NCBI GenBank assembly: GCA_963834915.1
Contig: CAWIDI010000005.1
Coordinates: 867,111 to 931,110, forward strand
Origin: an uncultured Chloroflexia bacterium
GTDB taxonomy: Bacteria; Chloroflexota; Limnocylindria; Limnocylindrales; CSP1-4
Direction of reading: 5' to 3'
Length of the DNA stretch: 64,000 bases
Part shown: positions 9,917-17,885 of the stretch, in pieces
How positions within the stretch are numbered: the first letter of the stretch is position 1
Layout: each line of letters opens with the position of its first letter
Made by a program: the position numbers and the translations under genes
The notes under the pieces: model-generated
Databases searched by the model: none
Told to the model about the DNA's origin: nothing
What the model saw: only the letters and a program-made list of their open reading frames with translations

Positions 9917-10692
9917 GCCGCGTCCTCCAGGTAGGAGCGGATCTCGGCGGCGGTCCCGGCCGCGACGGCCGCATCGAGCGCCTCGAGGGTGCGCGGTCGC
10001 GGGGCGTCGATCGGGATCTCGGCGACGACCCGGCCCGGCCTCGGGGACATGACGATGACCCGGTCGGCGACGAGGATCGCCTCGGGGATGCTGTGGGTGA
10101 CCATCACGATGGTCGTCGCCGACCGCTCGCCGAGCTCGAGCAGCTCGAGGTCGAACCGCTCACGCGTCAGCGCATCGAGAGCGCTGAACGGCTCATCGAG
10201 GAGCAGCACCTCGGGCTCCAGGGCGAGCGCCCGGGCGAGCGCCACGCGCTGGCGCACCCCGCCGGACATCTCCCCGGGATGGGCGAGCAGCGCCGAGGCA
10301 TCGATGCGCACGAGCTCGGCGAGGTCGAGCAATCGGGCGTCGCGCCGTTCGAGCGACCAGTCCGCGAGCTCCAGCGGGTAGGTGATGTTCGCGGCCCCGG
10401 TCCGCCACGGCAGGAGCCGTGGCTCCTGGAAGACGAGGCCGATCCGCGGGTCCGGCCCGTTGATGAGCTCCCCATCGAGGGTCGCGCTGCCACGGGTCGG
10501 GGTCAGGAGGCCCGCGATGACCCGCAGCGCCGTCGACTTTCCGCAGCCGTTCGGCCCGATGATCGCCGCGATCCGACCGCCCTCGATGGTCAGGTCGAGG
10601 CCGTCGAGGGCGACATTGCCCTCGCTGCCCGAACGGCTGCCGCGAGCCGGGAAGGTGAGCGCCACGTCGGTCAGCCGCACCTCGCCGTTCAT
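9913..10692 (-). CDS. ABC transporter ATP-binding protein (NitT/TauT family)
   Basis: MNGEVRLTDVALTF...GPNGCGKSTALRVIAGLL (Walker A)...LSGGVRQRVALARALALEPEVLLLDEPFSALD (signature/Walker B); start ATG 10692 overlaps the FGGY kinase stop (ATGA). Confidence 0.85.
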   Translation of the reverse strand: MNGEVRLTDVALTFPARGSRSGSEGNVALDGLDLTIEGGRIAAIIGPNGCGKSTALRVIAGLLTPTRGSATLDGELINGPDPRIGLVFQEPRLLPWRTGAANITYPLELADWSLERRDARLLDLAELVRIDASALLAHPGEMSGGVRQRVALARALALEPEVLLLDEPFSALDALTRERFDLELLELGERSATTIVMVTHSIPEAILVADRVIVMSPRPGRVVAEIPIDAPRPRTLEALDAAVAAGTAAEIRSYLEDAA

Positions 10693-12141
10693 CGAGCGAC
10701 TCCGTCGGCGAGCCGGCGCAGGATCGGCGCGGTCGCCGGGTACAGGTCGACGTACGCCTCGAAGACGGCGTCGTACGTGGCCGCGAGCTCGGCTCGAGGC
10801 TCGATGCGATGGTCGATCCGCGTCATCGACGCGATGGCGGTCTCGATGTCGGGCTGGGCGCCGATCCCGACCGCGCCAAGCATCGCCGAGCCGAGGACGG
10901 CGGTCTCGAGGACCGCCGGGACCGCCACCGGGAAGCCGGTCACGTCCGCCTTGATGCGGTTCCAGGTGTCGCTGCGAGCCGGGCCGCCACAGACGCGCAT
11001 CTCCCCGACGCGGACGCCGGCCTCGAGCATCGGCCGGGCGACGTGGCGGATCGCGAGCGCCGAGGCTTCGAGGATCGCCCGGGCCAGGTGGCCGCGGCCG
11101 TGCGCCAGCGTCAGGCCCGCGAAGGCGCCGCGCGCGGTCGGGTCCCAGTACGGCGACCGCTCGCCCGCGAGGTAGGGCAGGAACACGAGGCCGCCGGCCC
11201 CGGGCGGCGTCGCCGCGGCCTCGGCGATGAGCGCCTCGGTGCCGATCGTCCCGGCCAGGATCCCGTCGCGGTACCAATCGAGCGCGCGCCCGGTCGCCGC
11301 CATCGCCGCCCCCACGCTGTAGCGGCCGGCCAGCGGGGCCGGTGTGACGAACGCCCCGGCGACCTCGACGGGCTCGTGCCAGTAGACGCCGAAGCCGCCG
11401 GCGGCCCCGCCCGGGTCGTAGGCGTCGCCGGGCTCCCGCAGGCCCGCCCCGAGATAGCTCGCGAAGGCGTCGACCGTGCCACCCACGACCGGGATGCCGG
11501 CACGGAGCCCGAGGGCCGCCGCGGCGGTCGCCATGAGCTCCCCGACGACCGTGCCCGTCTCGCCGGACGGCGGCAGCTTGTCGAGCGGGACGCCGAGCGC
11601 GGCCACGAGCGCCGGGTCCGCGGCGGTCTGGTTCGGGGTCCGCGGCGATGTGGCCACGCCGGAGAGCCGATAGGCCATCCACTCCCACGTCGCGAGGTAC
11701 CAGCGGGTCTCGGCCGCGGCGGCGGACGCGTGCCGCTCCACCCAGAGCGCGGCCGGCAGGCCGGCCAGGGCCCACCCGCCGACGCCCGTCGCGGCGGCCA
11801 GCTCGGCGGCCTCGGCGGTCGAGCGGGTATCGAGCCAGGTGATGGCCGGCCGGGTCGCGTCGCCGCGCGCATCGACCGGCACAAGGGTCGGGCCGTGCCC
11901 GTCGAGCCCGATGGCGATGACGTCGGCGCGGGCCGATGCGACGACCTCGCGAACGGCGCGCTCGATGGCGGCCCACCAGTCCGCCGGGATCCTGTTCGGC
12001 CCAGCCGGACTCGGGACCCACGGTCATCGGGTAGCTCGCACGGGCGAGGGCGAGGAGCCGGCCGTCGAGGGCGACCAGACCCGCCTTGACCTCGTTGGTG
12101 CCGAGGTCCAGGCCCAGGACTGCCGGTTCGCGGGCACTCAT
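10689..12141 (-). pseudogene. FGGY-family carbohydrate kinase (xylulokinase-like), +1 frameshift at about 11978-11986
   Basis: N-terminus from 12141 is MSAREPAVLGLDLGTNEVKAGLVALDGRLLALARASYPMTVGPESGWAEQDPG (FGGY N-domain), then goes out of frame. The 397-aa ORF frame continues WWAAIERAVREVVASARADVIAIGLDGHGPTLVPVDARGDATRPAITWLDTRS... to the FGGY C-domain. Observed GGCGGACTGGTGG would restore frame if read GGCGACTGGTGG. Confidence 0.8.
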
Positions 12142-13082
12142 CGCGAGCGCCCCGGCTCGGGCGAGAGCGTTGCCGCGTCGAGGGCCACGACGGCCTCGGC
12201 GGTGGCGACATCGGTGACGAGCGTCCGGACGACGCCCGCCCGGACGGCCCCGAGGATCGGCCGGACCTTCGACTCACCGGCGGCGACACCGATCGCCACC
12301 GGGACGCGGCCGAGTTTCGGCGCCTCGAAGGCGATGACGCGCTCGCGGAGCGCCGGGCAGACGAATCGCCCATCGAGGTCGAACGGGGCGACGAGCACCT
12401 CGCCGACCGCTTCGGATGCGTCGAGCTGGCGCTCGACCTCGGGGCCGACGGTCGTGGGGCTCCAGCCGGGGCCGCCGATGCCGAAGAGCGCGACGTCGAG
12501 CCGCTCCCACAGTTCGAGCACGGAACGGACGCCCGCGTGGGCCATGAGCGCCGATCGCGTCGCTGCATCGTCGACGAGCCCCGGCGCCATCAGGCCGTGC
12601 GCCTGGGCGCCGAGCGACTGCGCGATGCGACGGTACGGCTCGCGCTCCGGGCCGATCGACCAGAAGCCGCCGCAGAGCGGGACCACTGTGGCGGCGATCG
12701 GCGTCGCGGCGTCCTCCAGCGATTCCTCGAGCGCGTCCGCGGTCGCCGAGACCGATGCACCGTCCCCGATCCCGACGATGGTCCCGGCCCGGACCGATTC
12801 GCGCAGCACCTGCGAGGCGAGCCGGCCGACCATCCGGCGCGTGAGGTCGTCCGGACCGGCGATCGTCGGGGCGAGATGGACCGCGTCGAGCCCGTAGCTC
12901 CGCCGGAGCGCTTCCGCGGCCGGGCTGTCGACATGCGTGGAATCGACGATCCGGATCTCGACGATGCCCTCCGCCCGGGCGCGCTTCAGGAGCCTCGAGA
13001 CCTGCGGCCTCGTGACGCCGAGCAGCTCGGCGATCGCGTTCTGCGTCTCACCGAGCTCGTAGTAGAGCCGGCTCGCGCGCAC
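12138..13082 (-). CDS. SorC-family transcriptional regulator (DeoR-type HTH plus sugar-phosphate-binding domain)
   Basis: MRASRLYYELGETQNAIAELLGVTRPQVSRLLKRARAEGIVEIRI... = SorC/CggR/DeoR(Bsu)-type N-terminus; stop overlaps the FGGY kinase start (ATGA). Confidence 0.85.
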   Translation of the reverse strand: MRASRLYYELGETQNAIAELLGVTRPQVSRLLKRARAEGIVEIRIVDSTHVDSPAAEALRRSYGLDAVHLAPTIAGPDDLTRRMVGRLASQVLRESVRAGTIVGIGDGASVSATADALEESLEDAATPIAATVVPLCGGFWSIGPEREPYRRIAQSLGAQAHGLMAPGLVDDAATRSALMAHAGVRSVLELWERLDVALFGIGGPGWSPTTVGPEVERQLDASEAVGEVLVAPFDLDGRFVCPALRERVIAFEAPKLGRVPVAIGVAAGESKVRPILGAVRAGVVRTLVTDVATAEAVVALDAATLSPEPGRSR

Positions 13083-13556
13083 CAGCTCGTCGAAGTCGCT
13101 CAGGGCGTCGCCCGCCGGCCCTGTCGCACAGATGTACTGAACAGATGTGCATCCACCATCCGCGCATCATACGCGAGCCGGTGGTCCTGTCACGCCGCCC
13201 GGCGATATGCACGATCTCCGGCGAGGCCGCAGTCCCCGATCTATATGCATGTCGGATGCATATGCATTGGCCTCCCCCGGGCCTGGGCGGGCGCGCCGGT
13301 CGATATGCAGCCTGATGCATCTTCGCGGGCTCGACGGGTCAGGCGGTCTGCGGGGCGTCGCCGGATATGCCGGTGGTTGCATCTGCGCTGCTGGAGGATC
13401 GGTCGGCGAGGTTCCTTTCCTGAATATGCAGCCGAGTTCATACGCCGCGGCGGAGGCATCCAGGCAGCGGAGGCATATCCGCGCCGACCCAAGCGCCTAC
13501 GCGTGGCGCCGACTCGTGACGCCGACGCCCGCGGCGGACGCCCGCGGATGACCGCC
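13083..13556 (-). promoter_or_regulatory. Long intergenic region upstream of sorC with an array of palindromic (G)ATATGCA(T)/GATGCATC motifs and a tandem ACAGATGT direct repeat; candidate promoter/operator array
   Basis: GATATGCA 13204-13211; TATATGCAT 13242-13250; ATGCATATGCAT 13256-13267; GATATGCA 13302-13309; GATGCATC 13314-13321; GGATATGCC 13363-13371; GAATATGCA 13422-13430; GGCATATCC 13472-13480 (inverse of 13363 site); ACAGATGT x2 at 13128-13135 and 13141-13148. Confidence 0.4.
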
Positions 13557-14948
13557 CTACAGCACCCGACCTGGGTTGAGGATGCCCTGCGGGTCGAGCG
13601 CGGTCTTGATGGCGCGCATGACGCGCACGGCGTCGGGGCCGCGCTGCTCCTCGAGCCAGGCCCGACGGGCGGTGCCGATCCCGTGCTCGCCGGTGATGCT
13701 GCCACCGAGGGCCATGGCGGCGCGGTAGAGGTCGGTCCGGACGGCGTCGGTCTTGGCCTCGCCGTCGGGATCGCCGCGCTCGAGGACGAGATCGGGATGC
13801 AGGTTGCCGTCGCCGGCGTGCCCGAAGGTCCCGATCCGCACGTCATGACGGGCGGCGATGCGCTCGACCTCGCGGAGCAGGTCGGGCACGCGCGACCTGG
13901 GCACCGAAACGTCCTCCATGCGGACCTCGCCGAGCCGCTCGAGCGCGTAGTGCGCCGCGCGCCGGGCCTGGCGGAGCCAGTCGGCTTCCTGGGCATCGGC
14001 CGCGCGAACCACATCGGTCGCGCCGGCCGCCCGGCAGACCGCTTCGGCCCGTGCGATCTCGTCGGCAGCTGCCGCGCCCGGCGCATCCGATTCCACCATC
14101 AGCATCGCGGCCGCCGTGCGGTCGAGCCCCAGGCCGTTCATGTCGTCGACGGCGTTGATCGTGAACCGGTCCAGGAGCTCCAGGGTCACGGGCGCGATGC
14201 CAGCCGTGGCCATCGCGCTGACGGCCTCCCCGGCGCTGTCGAGGGTCGGGAAGAACGCGAGCATCGTCGAGCGCGGCGGCGGCGTCGGTCGGAGCTTGAG
14301 CGTCGCCTCGGTGATGATCGCGAGGGTGCCCTGGCTCCCGATGAACAGGTGCGTGAGGGAATAGCCGGCGACGTCCTTCACGTTCTTGCCGCCGGTGCGG
14401 ATCACGGCCCCGTCGGCCATCACCACCTCGAGCGAGAGCACGGATTCCCGTGTCTGGCCGTACTTCACGCAGCACAGGCCGCCGGCGTTGGTCCCGAGAT
14501 TGCCGCCGATCGAGCAGGTCTCGAACGAGGCGGGATCCGGTGCGTAGAACAGCCCTTCCGCGGCGACGGCCTGCTTCAGCGCGGCGTTGATGATCCCGGG
14601 CTGCACGACCGCCACGAGGTTCTCGCGATCGATCTCGACGATGCGGTCCATCGCGGTGAACGCCATCGTCAGCCCGCCCTCGATGGCGGCCGAGCCGCCC
14701 GACAGCCCGGTCCCGGCGCCTCGCGGCACGATCGGCACGCCGAACTCGCCGGCGAGCCGCACCACGGCGGCGACCTGGGCCGTCTCGGTCGGGAGCACCA
14801 CGGCCCCCGGCAGGCCCGCCTTGAGGTAGGCGGTCTCGTCCAGCCGATAGGACTCGCGATCGATGGCATCGGTCAGCACGCGAAGGTCGGGGAGCTGGTT
14901 CCGGATGGCCTCGACGAGCGGGCCGATGGCGGTCGTGGCGGTCGTCAT
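13557..14948 (-). CDS. FAD-linked oxidase (GlcD / D-lactate dehydrogenase-like, FAD-binding type 2 domain)
   Basis: ...GVPIVPRGAGTGLSGGS...IGGNLGTNAGGLCCVKYGQTRESVL...GTFGHAGDGNLHPDLV...EHGIGTARRAWL typical GlcD family; 463 aa. Confidence 0.85.
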   Translation of the reverse strand: MTTATTAIGPLVEAIRNQLPDLRVLTDAIDRESYRLDETAYLKAGLPGAVVLPTETAQVAAVVRLAGEFGVPIVPRGAGTGLSGGSAAIEGGLTMAFTAMDRIVEIDRENLVAVVQPGIINAALKQAVAAEGLFYAPDPASFETCSIGGNLGTNAGGLCCVKYGQTRESVLSLEVVMADGAVIRTGGKNVKDVAGYSLTHLFIGSQGTLAIITEATLKLRPTPPPRSTMLAFFPTLDSAGEAVSAMATAGIAPVTLELLDRFTINAVDDMNGLGLDRTAAAMLMVESDAPGAAAADEIARAEAVCRAAGATDVVRAADAQEADWLRQARRAAHYALERLGEVRMEDVSVPRSRVPDLLREVERIAARHDVRIGTFGHAGDGNLHPDLVLERGDPDGEAKTDAVRTDLYRAAMALGGSITGEHGIGTARRAWLEEQRGPDAVRVMRAIKTALDPQGILNPGRVL

Positions 14949-14977
14949 GGGAGGCAGTCTACGAGGCGAGAGTACCC

Positions 14978-16339
14978 TTGGGCATGATGCGCAGGCTCGT
15001 GATGATCGCCCTGGCCGTGGTCGCGGCCGGGCTGCCCTCCCCGGTCGGTGCCGGTTCGCTGGCCCCGGCTCCCTCCCCGGTCCGTGCCCCCGCCACCGCC
15101 ATCGTCCCCGGCAGCGCGAACCGCACGAGCCTCGCGCTGAGCGCCACCTACGACGCGAAGCTCCACCTCGACTGGACCCCGCGACGCGTCAAGGTCGACG
15201 TGCGCATCGCGATCACCAACACGTCCGGCGGGCCGGTCGACCGGATCGAGCTGAATACCGTGGCGGCCCGCCTCGGCTCGATGCGCTACATGTCGGTCCT
15301 GGTCGACGGAGCGCACGTCGCGGTCAGGGTGAGCGACCAGACGCTGATCGTGCCCCTCGGCGGCATCCTGCCGGCCGGTGCCACGACCACGCTCCGCGTC
15401 CGCTTCTACGCCACGCTGCGGAGCGGCGTCGGCGGCTCCGACTGGCTCTTCACCAAGGCCAACGGGATCATCGACATGTACCGCTGGCTGCCGTGGATCA
15501 GCAAGGCGGTCCCCTTCACCCGGCCGAACCACGGCGATCCGTTCGTGACCCCGATCAGCCCGCTCGTCCGGGTCGCCATCGAGTCCGATCGCAAGCTCGT
15601 GCTGGCGACGACCGGCGACCAGGTCGCGGTCTCGGCCGATGGGCTGACCCGGACCTTCGAAGCCCGCCTGGTCCGCGACTTCACGGTGACCGCCGCGACC
15701 GACTACCGGACCGCGACCCGCAAGGTCGGGGCCACGACGGTCAAGGTCTTCTACCGCGCCGGGACCTCGGGCGCGGCGATGCTCGATGCCGCCGCCGATG
15801 CGCTCGCCGTGCTGGGCGCCAAGCTCGGGGCGTACCCCTATCCCACGTTCAAGGTCGTCCAGTCGGCCGGTGCCTACGGGATGGAGTCGCCGGGGCTCGT
15901 CTGGATCCCGAGCGGCACCCCGAGCTCGAACCTGCGCTATCTCGCGACCCACGAGACGGCCCACCAGTGGTTCTACGGGCTGGTCGGCAACGACCAGTCG
16001 CGGCATCCGTTCGTCGATGAGGCCGCAGCCGACGCGGTCACGCGCAAGATCCTCGGGATGCGCCGGTCGAGCCGCTGCGCCACGGGCCGGCTCGACCGCT
16101 CGATCTACTCGTACACCTCGGCCTGCTACTACGAGATCGTCTACATCCAGGGCGGCAACCTGCTCGACGACGTCCGCGCGCGGATGGGCACGACGCTCTG
16201 GTGGTCCACGCTCAAGGGCTACGTCGCCGCGAACCGGGACGGCCTCGTGACCAGCCGGACGCTGCTCGATGCGCTCGACGACGCCACCCCGATCAACCTC
16301 GAGCCGACCTTCCGCGCGCGGTTCCCCGGCCTCTACTGA
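14978..16339 (+). CDS. Secreted zinc metallopeptidase, M1-like (gluzincin HExxH) domain protein
   Basis: N-terminal signal peptide (MGMMRRLVMIALAVVAAGLPSPVGAGS); HETAHQWFYGLVGND matches the M1 HExxH-x18-E motif; shorter (453 aa) than classical aminopeptidase N. Confidence 0.7.
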   Translation: MGMMRRLVMIALAVVAAGLPSPVGAGSLAPAPSPVRAPATAIVPGSANRTSLALSATYDAKLHLDWTPRRVKVDVRIAITNTSGGPVDRIELNTVAARLGSMRYMSVLVDGAHVAVRVSDQTLIVPLGGILPAGATTTLRVRFYATLRSGVGGSDWLFTKANGIIDMYRWLPWISKAVPFTRPNHGDPFVTPISPLVRVAIESDRKLVLATTGDQVAVSADGLTRTFEARLVRDFTVTAATDYRTATRKVGATTVKVFYRAGTSGAAMLDAAADALAVLGAKLGAYPYPTFKVVQSAGAYGMESPGLVWIPSGTPSSNLRYLATHETAHQWFYGLVGNDQSRHPFVDEAAADAVTRKILGMRRSSRCATGRLDRSIYSYTSACYYEIVYIQGGNLLDDVRARMGTTLWWSTLKGYVAANRDGLVTSRTLLDALDDATPINLEPTFRARFPGLY

Positions 16340-17196
16340 GCCTCGCGCAGGCGGCGGTCCGCGGCGAGGGCCTGCGGCATCTCCCGGAACGACGCGGGGA
16401 GCAGCGGGCGCCACGCCCGCCAGCCCGTGACGAGCCACTCCGACACCAGCCGGTGCCGAGCGTCCCATGGCAGCCCGTACGCCTCGCGGAGGGCGGGTGG
16501 CAGCAGGCCGATCGCCGGCCAGAGCGTCCAGGCGTAGGCCGAGCGCGGGACGCCGAGCGCGGCGAACAGCCCGGGGAGTGGCGGCCGCAGGATCGTGCCT
16601 GCGAGCTCCCTCGCGAGGGGTCCCACGCGGACCGGTCCGTCCGGGGCGAGCATCCCCTCGACATAGCGCTCGAACGCACCGAGGTCCGCGGGCAGGAGCT
16701 CGTCGGGGATCCCGAAGGCGCGGCCGATGGGCCGCGTCTCCTCGTAGAACGCCGCCGCGCGTCGCCGTTCGAGCGGCCCCAGCCACGCGTCGTTGGCCAC
16801 GATCGTGGAGTCGACCAACGTCGCGTGAACCCACAGCGACAGGTCCGGGTCGCGGGCCGTGTAGCCCGCACCGACGATGCCGCGATGGAGGGCGTGCAGC
16901 CGGCGGATCTCGGCACGCGCCGCCGGCGCCGTCCCGTAGGTGATCGCCAGGTAGCTGCGCAGGGTGGCCCGAAGTCGCCGCCACGGATCCGCCCGGAAGT
17001 CGGAGTGCTCGTCGACCCCCGCGGCGACCGAGGGATGGGCGATCTGCAGGAGGAGTGCCCGCGGCCCGGCGCCGAGGAGGAGCATCGCCTCGCGGTCGAG
17101 GCGCCACGCTTCCGAGGATGGCCCGTACAGGCCCTCCAGGCCGGGCCGGCCCGTCGTCGGACCTACCGGTCGTCGGCTCGGCGGCCGACCAGCCAC
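16333..17196 (-). CDS. MpaB/DUF2236 family (ER-bound oxygenase-like) protein
   Basis: GPSSEAWRLDREAMLLLGAGPRALLLQIAHPSVAAGVDEHSDFRADPWRRLRATLRSYLAITYG = DUF2236 signature; start uncertain (GTG at 17196 or ATG at 17316, the latter overlapping bioY). Confidence 0.6.
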   Translation of the reverse strand: MAGRPPSRRPVGPTTGRPGLEGLYGPSSEAWRLDREAMLLLGAGPRALLLQIAHPSVAAGVDEHSDFRADPWRRLRATLRSYLAITYGTAPAARAEIRRLHALHRGIVGAGYTARDPDLSLWVHATLVDSTIVANDAWLGPLERRRAAAFYEETRPIGRAFGIPDELLPADLGAFERYVEGMLAPDGPVRVGPLARELAGTILRPPLPGLFAALGVPRSAYAWTLWPAIGLLPPALREAYGLPWDARHRLVSEWLVTGWRAWRPLLPASFREMPQALAADRRLREAQ

Positions 17197-17801
17197 CAGG
17201 CCGTCGGGAAGATGGCGGCGGCCACGACGAGCTTGGCGGCGTCCCACAGCAGGAACTTGGTCATCCCGCCCGAGATCGCGTCCGCCCACGAGAGGCCGAG
17301 CGATACCTTCAGCCATGGGACGCCGATCGCGTAGATGATCGCCGTGCCGATGAGCATCGCGGCCAGGGCGCCCGGCAGCCGCCGGTCCCAGCCGAGCTCC
17401 GCGAGCCGCCCGACCACGGCGGCCGAGACCACGAAGCCGATGAGATAGCCGCCGGTCGGCCCGCCGAGGACGGCCGTGCCGTGCGTGCCCTGGGCGAACA
17501 CGGGCAGGCCGATGGCCCCGATCGCGAGGTAGAGCAGCAGGGCCAGCACGCCCCGGCGGAAGCCGAGGGCACCGCCGACGACGAGCACGCCGAAGGTCTG
17601 GCCGGTGAACGGGACGGGCTGGACGGGGATGTAGACCTGCGCGGACAGCGCCACCAACAGCGTGCCGGCGACGATCAGGGCGATGTGGCGGACCCGGGTG
17701 CCGAGCCGCTCCCCGATCCGGATCGGGACCAGGAAGTCGGCGAGGGTGATGCCGCGGTCGCCGGCGTTGCTGCGGTCGAGTCTCGGGAGTGCGAGCGTCA
17801 T
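17163..17801 (-). CDS. bioY: Biotin transporter BioY (ECF-type S component)
   Basis: MTLALPRLD...RHIALIVAGTLLVALSAQVYIPVQPVPFTGQTFGVLVVGGALGFRRGVLALLLYLAIGAIGLPVFAQGTHG = BioY family. Confidence 0.8.
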   Translation of the reverse strand: MTLALPRLDRSNAGDRGITLADFLVPIRIGERLGTRVRHIALIVAGTLLVALSAQVYIPVQPVPFTGQTFGVLVVGGALGFRRGVLALLLYLAIGAIGLPVFAQGTHGTAVLGGPTGGYLIGFVVSAAVVGRLAELGWDRRLPGALAAMLIGTAIIYAIGVPWLKVSLGLSWADAISGGMTKFLLWDAAKLVVAAAIFPTAWWLVGRRADDR

Positions 17802-17885
17802 CGAGGCTCCACGGAAAAAGGTCGCCCTGGGGGCAGCGACCGAGGCCGCGAGTCTAGCATCCCGGCACCCGGCGACCACCCCCGA

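Noticed and set aside
8067-9974. 635-aa ORF and 742-aa ORF (9913..12141) that appear to be single large proteins
   Set aside because: The 635-aa ORF is the SBP gene plus a spurious in-frame N-terminal extension overlapping the permease. The 742-aa ORF concatenates the ABC ATPase, antisense-like filler and the N-terminal FGGY fragment. The real genes are delimited by internal Met/RBS positions and ATGA overlaps.
13147-13551. 134-aa ORF inside the sorC upstream intergenic region
   Set aside because: Its sequence (repeated DMH and SIC) simply mirrors the ATATGCA DNA repeats. There is no protein family, and it lies in a region better explained as regulatory.
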